Assembly (NCBI GenBank): GCA_965248835.1
Contig: CBDFLJ010000002.1
Coordinates: 2,400,001 to 2,464,000, forward strand
DNA: 64,000 bases
Direction of reading: 5' to 3'
Origin: Alphaproteobacteria bacterium
GTDB taxonomy: Bacteria > Pseudomonadota > Alphaproteobacteria > MPNO01
In this document: one piece after another, positions 28,395 through 38,063 of the stretch
Numbering within the stretch: position 1 is the first letter of the stretch
Layout of the letters: each line of letters starts with the position of its first letter
The notes under the pieces: model-generated
What the model was told of the DNA's origin: nothing
Seen by the model: only the letters and a program-made list of their open reading frames with translations
Database searches by the model: none
Made by a program: the position numbers and the translations under genes

Positions 28395-29585
28395 ATGAGA
28401 CGAAGCGAAGATCGAATTCTCACCACCCATGTCGGGAGTCTCATCCGCCCGCAGGAGATCAAGGACCATCTGCTCGCCAAGCAGGCGGGCGGATACGACG
28501 AGGCGGCGCATCGCCGCAGCCTCACCAGGGCGGTTGCCGAGGTGGTACGCGGGCAGGCCGATGTCGGGGTCGACGTCGTCAGCGACGGCGAGTTCGGCAA
28601 GGGGATAAGCTGGTCTCAATATATGCTCGAGCGGCTCAGCGGTTTCGAGCGCCGGTTCCTCGACAAGGGCGCGCCGGACCCCTATGCATCCGGTGCCGAC
28701 CGCGCGCGCTTCCCCGAGTTCTACCGCGAGATGGATGAGGCCGACGCGCAGACATCGCGGAGCGACGGCGGCGCCGTCAAGGCCGAATCGATCTGCGTGG
28801 GGCCGATAAGCTACACCGGCCAGGCCGAACTGCAACGCGACATCGACAACCTGAAGGCGGCGATCGGCTCGGTCGACGTGGAAGAGGCTTTCCTGCCGGT
28901 CGCCGCACCTGCCAGCGCCATACCGGACCGGCGCAACGAATACTATGCGACCAACGAAGAATGCGTGTTCGCGCTCGCCGAGGCGATGCGCACCGAATAC
29001 AAGACCATTGTCGATGCCGGGCTGCTGGTGCAGATCGACGACGCGCGCGCGGCGGTCACCTTTGACCGAATGGTCCCGCCTGCCGGCAAGCAGGAATTCC
29101 TGTCGTGGCTGGCGATGCATATGGAAGCCCTCAACCATGCGATCGCGGGCATACCGGCGGAACGCATCCGCTATCACGTCTGCTGGGGAAGTTGGCCCGG
29201 GCCGCATACAACGGACGTTCCGCTGAAGGATATCCTCGACCTGATCCTGTCGGTCAATGCGGGCGCTTATGTCATCGAGGGCGCAAATCCGCGCCACGAG
29301 CACGAGTGGCTGGTGTGGCAGGACGCGAAGCTGCCCGACGGCAAGCTGCTGATCCCCGGGGTCATCAGCCACGCCACCAATGTGGTCGAACATCCCGAAC
29401 TCGTCGCCGAACGGATCGTCCGCCTCGCCAAGCTGGTGGGGCGCGAGAACGTGATCGGCAGCACCGATTGCGGCTTCGCCCAAGGTCCGTTCCATCGGCG
29501 CGTGCATCCCAGCATCATGTGGGCGAAGCTGGGGGCATTGGCCGCGGGCGCCGAGCTCGCCACCCGGGAGCTGTGGAAGCGGTAA
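28395..29585 (+). CDS. Single-barrel MetE-like (methionine synthase II / epoxyalkane:CoM transferase family) Zn enzyme
   Basis: TTHVGSL.RP, SDGEFGK, Zn ligands HVCWG...E.ANPRHEHEW...TDCGF. Confidence 0.85.
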   Translation: MRRSEDRILTTHVGSLIRPQEIKDHLLAKQAGGYDEAAHRRSLTRAVAEVVRGQADVGVDVVSDGEFGKGISWSQYMLERLSGFERRFLDKGAPDPYASGADRARFPEFYREMDEADAQTSRSDGGAVKAESICVGPISYTGQAELQRDIDNLKAAIGSVDVEEAFLPVAAPASAIPDRRNEYYATNEECVFALAEAMRTEYKTIVDAGLLVQIDDARAAVTFDRMVPPAGKQEFLSWLAMHMEALNHAIAGIPAERIRYHVCWGSWPGPHTTDVPLKDILDLILSVNAGAYVIEGANPRHEHEWLVWQDAKLPDGKLLIPGVISHATNVVEHPELVAERIVRLAKLVGRENVIGSTDCGFAQGPFHRRVHPSIMWAKLGALAAGAELATRELWKR

Positions 29586-29598
29586 CCCGCTAGCCGGC

Positions 29599-30375
29599 CT
29601 AGGCTTCGGCGCCCTCCTCGCCGCCCATCGCGGCAGCAATGGCGTGGTGGCGGTCGGCGAGCCAGTCGGAGTCGGCCCGGTCTTCGGGGCGGACGGCGAC
29701 CTCGATGGCGACCTTGGCCGGGGCGGCGAGCACCAGGACGCGGTCGGCCATCTCCAGCGCGTCGTCGATGCGGTGGGTGATCAGGACGCAGGTCTTGCCG
29801 AGGCGGCGCACCAGCTCCGTGAAATCCGCGCGCAGCGTCTTGGAGGTGACGTGGTCGAGCTGGCTGAAGCTCTCGTCCAGCAGCACCAGCGCCGGATCGA
29901 CGCACAGCGCGCGGGCGAGCGAGACCCGCTGGCGCATGCCGCCGGACAGCTCGTGCGGGTACTTCCTGACATTCTCCTCGCCGAAGATCTTGACGTTTTC
30001 CAGCCAGTCGATCGCCTGCTTGCGCTGGAAGTCCTTGTCATGGCCGAGGATCTCCAGCCCCAGCGCGACGTTCTCCCAGGCCGTGCGCCAGGGCAGCAGG
30101 CGGTCGGTCTGAAAGCTGACCGCAAGCTTGCCGCGCAGTTCGCGGAACTGGTTGTAGGGGTCCAGCCCCTCGACCCGCACGGTGCCTCGGGTCGGCTCCA
30201 TGACGCCCATGATCATGTGCAGCGCGGTCGACTTGCCGGCGCCTGTCCGGCCCAGCAGCGCCACGATCTCGCCTTCCATCACCTCGAACGAGAGGTCAAG
30301 CACCGCCGCGTGCGCGCCGAAATACTTGTCCACCCGGTCGATCTCGATGACCGCGCGGCCGTTCGCACCGTTCAT
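29599..30375 (-). CDS. ABC transporter ATP-binding protein (NitT/TauT type)
   Basis: Walker A GRTGAGKS, LLPWRT, LSGGMRQR, LLDE. Confidence 0.9.
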   Translation of the reverse strand: MNGANGRAVIEIDRVDKYFGAHAAVLDLSFEVMEGEIVALLGRTGAGKSTALHMIMGVMEPTRGTVRVEGLDPYNQFRELRGKLAVSFQTDRLLPWRTAWENVALGLEILGHDKDFQRKQAIDWLENVKIFGEENVRKYPHELSGGMRQRVSLARALCVDPALVLLDESFSQLDHVTSKTLRADFTELVRRLGKTCVLITHRIDDALEMADRVLVLAAPAKVAIEVAVRPEDRADSDWLADRHHAIAAAMGGEEGAEA

Positions 30376-31187
30376 CGCACGGTCACCTCGGGGCGCCATT
30401 TGAGCAGCCGCTTCTCGGCCCGGGCGACGATTGCCTGGACGCCGAGATTGACGATCACCAGCAGGATGGTCCAGCCGATCACACCCTGCATGTTGAGCTC
30501 GTCCTGGGCGAGGCCCATGCGCGCGCCCATGCCGGTATTGACGCTGACCAGCTCGGCGAATGCCGTCATTCGTGCCGCATAGCCGATGATCGACTTGGTG
30601 GTCATCAGGATGTAGGGGACCACGTGGGGCAGGATCAGAAGGCGAAAGACCTGCCAGCGGCTCGGCCGGAAGGTCTCCACCACCTCGACCAGATCGGTCG
30701 ACAGCGCCTTGATGCCGTCATAGACGTTGAGCGCGTAGAACGGGATCAGTATCACGCCGAGGATGAAAAAGACCCGCTCCTCGGTGCCCCTGAACCAGAA
30801 GATCGCAAACAGCATCCAGGACAGCGCCGGCACGCCGGTGAAGATGACGATGATGGCCTTGAGGTACGGTTCGGCCGTCTTCGACATGCCCATGACCGCG
30901 CCGATCATGCTGCCGATGACCAGCGAGAAGGCGACTGCGAAGACCAGCCGCAGGATCGTGGTGATGATGTGGATGTAGTCCTCGGCCAGGATCGTGAGGA
31001 TCTCGGCCCCGGTCAGCAGAGAGGACGGCATGATGTAGACCGGGGCGGCCCAGCTCCAGGCCTCCATGCCGAAGACGATCGCCGCGATGACGACGATGCT
31101 GGCGAAGAAGTCGCGCCGGAAATAGTTGCGTTCTGCCGCGCCTGAGACGGGCTCCGGGCCGGCGGCCGGATCGATCCGCGTGCTCAT
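30372..31187 (-). CDS. ABC transporter permease (NitT/TauT type)
   Basis: Hydrophobic TMs, P.LSW, AEL....GMG motif; operonic with ATPase. Confidence 0.85.
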   Translation of the reverse strand: MSTRIDPAAGPEPVSGAAERNYFRRDFFASIVVIAAIVFGMEAWSWAAPVYIMPSSLLTGAEILTILAEDYIHIITTILRLVFAVAFSLVIGSMIGAVMGMSKTAEPYLKAIIVIFTGVPALSWMLFAIFWFRGTEERVFFILGVILIPFYALNVYDGIKALSTDLVEVVETFRPSRWQVFRLLILPHVVPYILMTTKSIIGYAARMTAFAELVSVNTGMGARMGLAQDELNMQGVIGWTILLVIVNLGVQAIVARAEKRLLKWRPEVTVR

Positions 31188-31205
31188 GCCCCGCGCGCCG
31201 GCCGC

Positions 31206-32207
31206 TCAGGCCGCGAAATAGGACTCCGGCAGCTTTTGCGGCAGGGCGCCGGCCTTGCGCATGATCTCGGCGGCGAAATGGACGTCCTCGCGGTTCCTGC
31301 TCTCCGACATCGGCCGCATCTTGAACTGCATCCGGCCCGAATCCATCGCTGTCTTGAGGATCTCGGACTTGATCCGCACCGAAGGGCCGAGCGCTTGGAA
31401 ATCCGCCGGGTTGGACATGATCCACTCGAAGCAGTCGGTATAGACCTTGATCGCGCGCGCAATGGTGTCGGCCGGCACTTCGCCCAGCGCCTTGCTGTTG
31501 ATGGCGATGCAGAAATAGGGCTGATCGCGGCCGGTGTGGCTGCGGTAGAAATCGTTGATGTTGAGGAACACCTTGGAACCCGGGATCTTGTGCAAACCGG
31601 TCGACAGCGCGTGCTCCCACACGATCGCGGCATCGGCGCGCTCGGCGGCCACGATGCTGATCGTCGCCGGCGGGTTGGGCGCATTCTGGATGCGCACGTC
31701 CTTGTCGAAATCGATGCCGCCGAAGACCTTGGCCCAGGTCTTGGCCATCTTGAAGGTGCCCGAGGCCTGCATCGCGGCCACGGTCTTGCCCTTCAGCTCA
31801 TCCAGCGAGCTCGGCCCGTCCTTGCGCGCGAAGATGCCGGCCAGGGTGCCGGTCGAGACGATGCCGATGACCTGCATCGGCGCACCCTTCATGTGCATCT
31901 TGGCGAACGAGTCCCAGGTGCCGACGCCGATCTGGAAATTGCCCTTCAGGAAATCGGCGTAGTAGGTCCCCAGCCGGTTGTAGACGCGGAAGGAATCGAA
32001 CTTCAGCCCGTGCTTCTCGTCGAACTTGTTGTTGAACAGCACCTGGTTCTGCAGGTTCGACCAGCCGCCGGCGAGCGTCGCCGTCTTCAGGGTCGTGGGC
32101 CCGGCGCCGAAGGCCAGGTTGGGCGCGCAGATGATGCCCGCGCCCATTGCAAGACCGGTCGTGCCGGCGCTTTCGAGAAACCTCCTGCGCGAAACGGTCG
32201 TGCTCAT
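31206..32207 (-). CDS. ABC transporter substrate-binding protein with Tat signal (SsuA/THI5-like)
   Basis: SRRRFL twin-arginine signal; SLDELKGKTVA; ADAAIVWE. Confidence 0.8.
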   Translation of the reverse strand: MSTTVSRRRFLESAGTTGLAMGAGIICAPNLAFGAGPTTLKTATLAGGWSNLQNQVLFNNKFDEKHGLKFDSFRVYNRLGTYYADFLKGNFQIGVGTWDSFAKMHMKGAPMQVIGIVSTGTLAGIFARKDGPSSLDELKGKTVAAMQASGTFKMAKTWAKVFGGIDFDKDVRIQNAPNPPATISIVAAERADAAIVWEHALSTGLHKIPGSKVFLNINDFYRSHTGRDQPYFCIAINSKALGEVPADTIARAIKVYTDCFEWIMSNPADFQALGPSVRIKSEILKTAMDSGRMQFKMRPMSESRNREDVHFAAEIMRKAGALPQKLPESYFAA

Positions 32208-32320
32208 CGCGGTCCTCCCTTCGCCGCCCGGTTCTGCGGCGGGTTTTGACATGGGATCATCTTCGACAACAATACCGACAGTGTCCACACCCGATCCCGT
32301 GACCGAACCCGGCCGAATCG

Positions 32321-33325
32321 ATGCAGGAAGTCTGGATCCAGTACCTCAACCGCGCCGACGTGGAGGCGCTGGCGCTGACAGAGGCCGAGATCATCGCCGC
32401 CGTCGAGGGGGCGCTCGCCGCTCAGGGCACCGGCCGCACCGTCATCGAGCCGCGGGTTCACCTGGTGCCGGAGTCTTCCGACAAGGGCCATTTCAATATC
32501 CTCAGGGGTTATGTCGCACCGCTCGGCGTCGCCGGCGTGAAAATCGTCGGCGATTTCGTCGACAACTACCGCCGCGACCTGCCCTCGGAGATGGCGATCC
32601 TCAACCTGTTCGACCCCGAGACCGGCATGCCGCTTGCGCTGATCGACGCGACCGCGATAACCGACATGCGCACCGGCGCGATGACTGCGATCGGTGCCCG
32701 CCACCTTGCGCGCAGCGACTGCAAGATCCTCGGCCATATCGGCGCGCGGGGGACCGCCTATTGGAACGTCCGTCTGCTCGACCACCTGTTCGACTTCGCC
32801 GAAATCCGGGTCCACTCGCGCCGCGCCGAAAGCCGGGACGCGTTCGGCGCGCGGCTGGAGCGCGACCTCGGCAAGCCGGTCCGCGTGGTCGAGGACTGGC
32901 GCGCCTGTCTGGAGGGCGCCGATATCCTGGTCGAGGCCTCCCGGCTTCCTGCGCCACAGGCGCTGTTCAAGACGGAATGGGTCAAGCCGGGCGCCCTTGT
33001 CGTGCCGTACGGAACCATGAGCGCGGTCGAGATCACGCTGACCGACGTGATGGACAAGATCGTGGTCGACGATTGGGGCCAGTGCCGGCCGGGAATGCCT
33101 TTCGGCGCGCTGCGAAGGCATGTCGACGAGGGCAAGCTGACCGAGGCGACCCTGCATGCCGAGCTGGGCGAGATCGTCGCCGGCACCAAGCCCGGGCGCG
33201 AGGAAGACGGAGAGACGATCCTGTTCTGGCACCGCGGCTTGAGCCTGAGCGACATCGCGCTCGGCATGGCCATGCTGGACAAGGCCGCCACCCTGGGCGT
33301 TGGCCAGCGGCTGCGCTATGCCTAG
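32321..33325 (+). CDS. Ornithine cyclodeaminase/mu-crystallin family protein
   Basis: AGVKIVGDF..NY...LPS, L.DPETG.P, IT.MRTGA, GLSLSDIA. Confidence 0.85.
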   Translation: MQEVWIQYLNRADVEALALTEAEIIAAVEGALAAQGTGRTVIEPRVHLVPESSDKGHFNILRGYVAPLGVAGVKIVGDFVDNYRRDLPSEMAILNLFDPETGMPLALIDATAITDMRTGAMTAIGARHLARSDCKILGHIGARGTAYWNVRLLDHLFDFAEIRVHSRRAESRDAFGARLERDLGKPVRVVEDWRACLEGADILVEASRLPAPQALFKTEWVKPGALVVPYGTMSAVEITLTDVMDKIVVDDWGQCRPGMPFGALRRHVDEGKLTEATLHAELGEIVAGTKPGREEDGETILFWHRGLSLSDIALGMAMLDKAATLGVGQRLRYA

Positions 33326-33346
33326 GACGCGGGGCCGGAGGCGCCG

Positions 33347-34156
33347 GTGAGCATCGCCTGCGCGCGCATGTACAACATCGCGCCGGAGGCCCGCGCGGCG
33401 TGGCGGACGATCTTCGCGTGGGCTTCCGGCCGCACCGGCGTGCCGCTCGAGGTGATCGAGCATGCCGCGCCCGCGCCGCTCGACGATCTCTGGGCGCGCC
33501 TGGACATGGGCTGCGTCCTGATGTGCGGCTGGCCCTATGCGATGGCCGACCCGCGGCCTCGCCTGATCGCCGTCCCGGTGCCCTCGCCGCCGCGCTATGG
33601 CGGCAAGCCGGTCTATTTCACCGACCTCGTGGTGCGGGCCGACAGCGCGTACCGCAACGTGCCGGACACGTTCGGCGGGCGCCTCGCCTGGACCCTCGGC
33701 ACCTCCCATTCCGGCTACAATGCGCTGCGCCATCACCTGTTGCGATACCGCACGAACGAACGGCCGGCGCTATACCGCAAGACGGTCGGCCCTCTGGTCT
33801 CGCCCGTCCGGGCGCTGCAGGCCGTGGTCGACGGGGCGGCGGACATCGCGCCGCTCGACAGCCTGTGCCTCGACCTCCTGAGACGCCATGCGCCCGAGCG
33901 CGCGGCCGCGGTCAGGGTCATCGAAACCACCGAGCCCGCACCGTTTCCGCCGCTGGTGGCAAGCCCGGGCGCGGATCCCGAAGAATGCGCGCGCCTGCAA
34001 CAGGCACTGCTTTGCGCCCACGCGGATGCGACCCTGCGCCCGGCGCTGGAGGACGCGCTGATAAGGGGGTTCGCCGCCGCCGCGCCCGAGGTCTACGACG
34101 TCACGGTCAGCCGCGCGGACATGGCGGTCGCCGCCGGCTACGGAAAGCCGGGCTGA
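33347..34156 (+). CDS. PhnD/SsuA/transferrin-like substrate-binding-fold protein
   Basis: RMYN, MCGWP, S.SGYNALR, AV.DG.ADIA.LD, PPLV; no obvious signal peptide. Confidence 0.7.
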   Translation: MSIACARMYNIAPEARAAWRTIFAWASGRTGVPLEVIEHAAPAPLDDLWARLDMGCVLMCGWPYAMADPRPRLIAVPVPSPPRYGGKPVYFTDLVVRADSAYRNVPDTFGGRLAWTLGTSHSGYNALRHHLLRYRTNERPALYRKTVGPLVSPVRALQAVVDGAADIAPLDSLCLDLLRRHAPERAAAVRVIETTEPAPFPPLVASPGADPEECARLQQALLCAHADATLRPALEDALIRGFAAAAPEVYDVTVSRADMAVAAGYGKPG

Positions 34157-34162
34157 GGCGCT

Positions 34163-35281
34163 TCACTCGAGCGGCTCGAGCCGCCAGATCGGCTCGCCAT
34201 ACGCGTCGACCAGCAGATAGATGTTGCCGTCGGGGCCGGTGCGCACGTCGCGGATCCGCTTGCCGAAATCGGTCAGCAGCCGTTCTTCCGCCACCACGCG
34301 GGTGCCTGCGAGCGTCAGACGGACGAGGATTTGGCCGCGCAGCGCGCCGACGAACAGGTTGCCGCGCCACCGTGGGAACTTGTCGCCGTCGTAGAAGGCC
34401 AGACCCGACGGCGCGATCGAGGGCACCCAATAGGTTTTGGGCTGGGCCATGCCCGGCCGCGCGGTCTCCTCGCTGATGATCGTGCCACTGTAGTTCCGGC
34501 CGTGGGTGATCACCGGCCAACCGTAGTTGGCGCCGCGCTCGATGAGGTTGACCTCGTCGCCGCCGCGCGGGCCGTGCTCGTGCGACCAGATTCGCCCGCT
34601 GGCGGAATCGATGGCGAGCCCCTGCGGGTTGCGATGCCCCCAGGACCAGATCTCCGGCAAGGCATCGGGCCTGCCGACGAACGGGTTATCGGAGGGCACG
34701 GTGCCGTCCGTGTTCAGCCGCAGCACCGAGCCGGCGTGGCGGCCGAGGTCCTGGGCGTTCGACCGCTGCCCGCGGTCGCCGATGGTGACATAGAGCTTGC
34801 CGTCGGCGCCGAAGACCATGCGCGAGCCGAAATGTTGTCCGGCGCCGGTGCCCGGGCGCGCGGTGAAGATGGTCTCGAAGCCCTCGAGCCGGCCGGCGGT
34901 CAGCCGGGCCCGGCTGACCGCGGTGTTGAGCCCCTCGCCCACCGGCCGGGCGTGGGTGAGATAGACCAGCGCGTTGGTCGCGAAATTCGGGTGCAGCGCG
35001 ATATCGAGCAATCCGCCCTGGCCGTAGGACCGGATCCTCGGCAGGCCGTGCAATGCCCGCGAGACCTTGCCGTCCAGCCCGACCGTGCGCAAATTGCCGT
35101 CCTTTTCGGTGACCAGCATCCGGCCGTCGGGCAGGAACGCGAGCCCCCAGGGCTGGTCCAGAGGCCCTGACGCCGGCACCAGGGCGAAGGCGTGCTGTTG
35201 CGAGCGGTAGTCGGCGGCCTCGACCGTCCCCGCCAGCACAAGACCGCCGAATGCAACGGCGGCGGTCAGCGCGCGCTTCAC
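34163..35281 (-). CDS. PQQ-dependent soluble aldose sugar dehydrogenase (YliI/Asd-like)
   Basis: Signal peptide; PWGLAFLPDG, GQGGLLDI, HFGSR, GHRNPQG, EHGPRGGDE.N, SIAPSG, RIRDV. Confidence 0.85.
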   Translation of the reverse strand: MKRALTAAVAFGGLVLAGTVEAADYRSQQHAFALVPASGPLDQPWGLAFLPDGRMLVTEKDGNLRTVGLDGKVSRALHGLPRIRSYGQGGLLDIALHPNFATNALVYLTHARPVGEGLNTAVSRARLTAGRLEGFETIFTARPGTGAGQHFGSRMVFGADGKLYVTIGDRGQRSNAQDLGRHAGSVLRLNTDGTVPSDNPFVGRPDALPEIWSWGHRNPQGLAIDSASGRIWSHEHGPRGGDEVNLIERGANYGWPVITHGRNYSGTIISEETARPGMAQPKTYWVPSIAPSGLAFYDGDKFPRWRGNLFVGALRGQILVRLTLAGTRVVAEERLLTDFGKRIRDVRTGPDGNIYLLVDAYGEPIWRLEPLE

Positions 35282-35661
35282 ACCGGCCGGCCAGAGGTGT
35301 GCGAAGAGGTGATCTTGAGCCTGTATCCGTCGGGGAACGGGATGGTGAACGAGCTGTGGATCGAGCCCGAGGTGATATCGGACGGCGACAGCCCCATATC
35401 GCAGTAGCGTGCGTGGGTCGCCTCGACATCGTCGACCATCAGATCGACCGGCGCCATCTGGTCCGGCTCGATCCTGTGCTCGCCCGCCCGAACGATCAGA
35501 TGGGTCCCGCCGCGAAGCTCGAGGACCGCGAAGCTTTCCCGCCGCACGATCGGCCGCAGGCCCAGCTTCTCCAGCAAGTCGCAGGCGGAGTGAAGGTTGT
35601 TGACGTCCATTCTCACATGGCCGACCGCGACCGCGGGTCTGGCATCGCGCGCATCCTTCAT
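35278..35661 (-). CDS. VOC/glyoxalase family protein
   Basis: VGHV.M.V, AVLELRGGTHL, DLMVDDV, PDGY. Confidence 0.75.
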   Translation of the reverse strand: MKDARDARPAVAVGHVRMDVNNLHSACDLLEKLGLRPIVRRESFAVLELRGGTHLIVRAGEHRIEPDQMAPVDLMVDDVEATHARYCDMGLSPSDITSGSIHSSFTIPFPDGYRLKITSSHTSGRPV

Positions 35662-35804
35662 CGCGTCCTCTCCGGTGTCTTCATTTGTCCCTATATGGGG
35701 CCGGCATCGGCGCGATCAAACATACGCGGTCGACCGGCACGGTTGTTGCGGCGGCGATCCCGGCGCTCCGGTTGCCGGGCCGCGGGCGCGTTGCCGTGGC
35801 GCCA

Positions 35805-36761
35805 TCAGGCGGCGAGCCGCTGCTGCCACGCAGCCAAGGCGTCGGTCCGCTTGTTGTCGCCCAGATGGTTCAGCGCCTGGGCGACGAAATCCAGCCCCAC
35901 CAACTCGTTCCACGCCCGGATCAGCCGCATGGTCACCGGGCCCGGCAGCGCCTCGCCCCCGGCCACCGGGCTGCCGTTCAGGCTCCTGACCGGCAGCATC
36001 GTGCCGCTGGTGCCCGACAGGAACGCCTCATCGGCGGTATAGACGTCATAGGGCGTGAAATCGCCCTCGATCACCTCGATGCCGAGGCTCTCGGCGATCT
36101 CCAGAATGGTGGTGCGGGTGATGCCGCCCAAGACGTTGCGCGCACGCGACGTGCACAGCGCACCGCGGCTGACGAAGAAGAAGTTCGCCGTGTTCGACTC
36201 CGCGATGTTGCCGTCGAGGTCGAGGATCAGCGGCAGCGCCTCGGGGTCGGACTGCTGGGCCTCGAAGCGGGCCTGGAGCTGGTTCATCCGGTTGGTGAGC
36301 TTGGCCTTCGGATCGGCGCATTGCGGCGGCGTGCGGCGGACGCCCGGGGTGACGAGCTTGAGCCCGTCGAGATAGGCGTGCGCGAAACCCCTGAACCCTA
36401 CGTCCAGACAATACATTACGACCGTGGCCGCAGCCTTCTCGCCCTGCAACCTGTCGCCTCGGCTGATCACCTGCCACAACGCGAAGTCGCTGTCGGGCGC
36501 GCGGGTCGCCAGGTTGCGCTCGACCGTCTCGCGCGAAAGCGCGGTCATCTGCTCGACCGTTAGCGCGGGGTCGATCCTGGCATAGGCGAGCGAGCGGAAG
36601 AGCCTGGCCATGTGGAATTCCAGCCGGAACAGCTTGCCGTCATAGGTCCTGGTGACCTCGTAGACCCCGTCGCCGCCGGAAAAGCCCCAGTCGAGCACCG
36701 AGACCTTGGCCTGGCTTTCGGGCACAAAGTCGCCATTGAGATAGATCACCCGCTCGGTCAT
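35805..36761 (-). CDS. PLP-dependent aminotransferase class IV (branched-chain/D-amino acid type)
   Basis: YLNGDFVP...A.VSV.D.GF..GDGVYE, KAK, E...ANFF, LGGITR, ADEAFL.GT. Confidence 0.9.
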   Translation of the reverse strand: MTERVIYLNGDFVPESQAKVSVLDWGFSGGDGVYEVTRTYDGKLFRLEFHMARLFRSLAYARIDPALTVEQMTALSRETVERNLATRAPDSDFALWQVISRGDRLQGEKAAATVVMYCLDVGFRGFAHAYLDGLKLVTPGVRRTPPQCADPKAKLTNRMNQLQARFEAQQSDPEALPLILDLDGNIAESNTANFFFVSRGALCTSRARNVLGGITRTTILEIAESLGIEVIEGDFTPYDVYTADEAFLSGTSGTMLPVRSLNGSPVAGGEALPGPVTMRLIRAWNELVGLDFVAQALNHLGDNKRTDALAAWQQRLAA

Positions 36762-36899
36762 CGTCTGTTCCTTCCCGTTCACCGTGTCCGCGCCGTCCCA
36801 ACGATCCCCGATCAGCCGCCGGCGGGCAAGGCCTTCCGACGTTGGCGCGCGCTTTGCGCCGCGCTTAGACTGGTCTGGGACTCAACCCGGAGGGACGCC

Positions 36900-37946
36900 A
36901 TGGGGGCGATCGATGCCGATGCCCACGTAATCGAGACCACCGCGACGTTCGAATACCTGGGCGAGTCGGAGAGGGAGCATCTGCCCGGCATCCTGTCGCA
37001 GACCTACGGCAACGCGGCCAGGAACAACGCCGGCGATCCGATGCGCGATTTCTGGGTGGTCGACGGGATGATCCACGGCAAGGACCGCAACATCGGCCTG
37101 GATACGCCCAGGGAGTCGCGCGAGATGTCCGATGTCCCGGCTCGGCTGCGCCACATGGACGCGCTGGGGATCGACGTCCAGGTGCTTTATCCGACGCTGT
37201 TCCTGCGCCCGATCGCCCGCTCGTTCCGCAGCGAGGCGGCGCTGGTGGGCGCCTACAACCGCTGGCTCGCCGACATCTGGGCGCAAGGCGGCGGGCGGCT
37301 GCGTTGGGCGGTGATGCCGGCGCTGCAATCGATGCACCGGATCGGCGACCAGCTCGCCTTCGGCAAGGAGAACGGCGCCTGCGGGGTGTTCATGCGCGGG
37401 CTGGAATGCGACCTGCCCGTGGCGCACCCCTATTTCTTCCCGCTGTATGAGGCGGCCCAGGCGCTCGATCTTCCGATCTGCATCCATTCGGCCAACGGCT
37501 CGATCATCCATCACGACTTCTACGTCAAGGACACCACCTTCACGATGTTCAAGCTGACCATCGTGGGCGCGCTGCATTCGCTGATCGAAAAGGCGGTCCC
37601 GGCCGCGTTTCCGCGCCTGCGCTGGGGTTTCATCGAGGCAAGCGCCCAATGGGTGCCCTATGTGCTGAACGACCTCGAGGACCGCTTCCGGCGCGAGGGC
37701 AAGCCTTTCTTCCAAGACCCGCTGGGCGAGAACAACATGTATGTCGCCTGCGAGGTGACCGACGATCTGCCTTACGTGCTCAAGCACGCCGGCGAGGACA
37801 ATCTGGTCATCGGCACCGATTACGGCCACCACGACCCTTCGGCCGAGATCGATGCCATCGGGCTCATGCGCGCCGACGCGCGCGTGCCGGCGCCGGTGCG
37901 CGAGAAGATCCTCGATGCCAACCCGCGGGCGCTTTACGGGCTGTAG
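36900..37946 (+). CDS. Amidohydrolase_2-family protein
   Basis: IDADAHV.E, MD.LGIDVQVLYPT, ICIH, GTDYGH.D, NPRALY. Confidence 0.85.
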   Translation: MGAIDADAHVIETTATFEYLGESEREHLPGILSQTYGNAARNNAGDPMRDFWVVDGMIHGKDRNIGLDTPRESREMSDVPARLRHMDALGIDVQVLYPTLFLRPIARSFRSEAALVGAYNRWLADIWAQGGGRLRWAVMPALQSMHRIGDQLAFGKENGACGVFMRGLECDLPVAHPYFFPLYEAAQALDLPICIHSANGSIIHHDFYVKDTTFTMFKLTIVGALHSLIEKAVPAAFPRLRWGFIEASAQWVPYVLNDLEDRFRREGKPFFQDPLGENNMYVACEVTDDLPYVLKHAGEDNLVIGTDYGHHDPSAEIDAIGLMRADARVPAPVREKILDANPRALYGL

Positions 37947-38063
37947 TGCGATCGAGGCCTGGATCGACGCCCAGGGCGGAGGTCCGTCTGCCTGCCCGCC
38001 GCGCCGCACCCAAGGAGTCCGCGGCCGGGGGCGGCGATGCCCGGCGCAGGTTCCGAACAAGCT

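Noticed and set aside
28395-29585. metE methionine synthase
   Set aside because: Single-barrel protein of 396 aa lacking the N-terminal half, in a catabolic context; function uncertain
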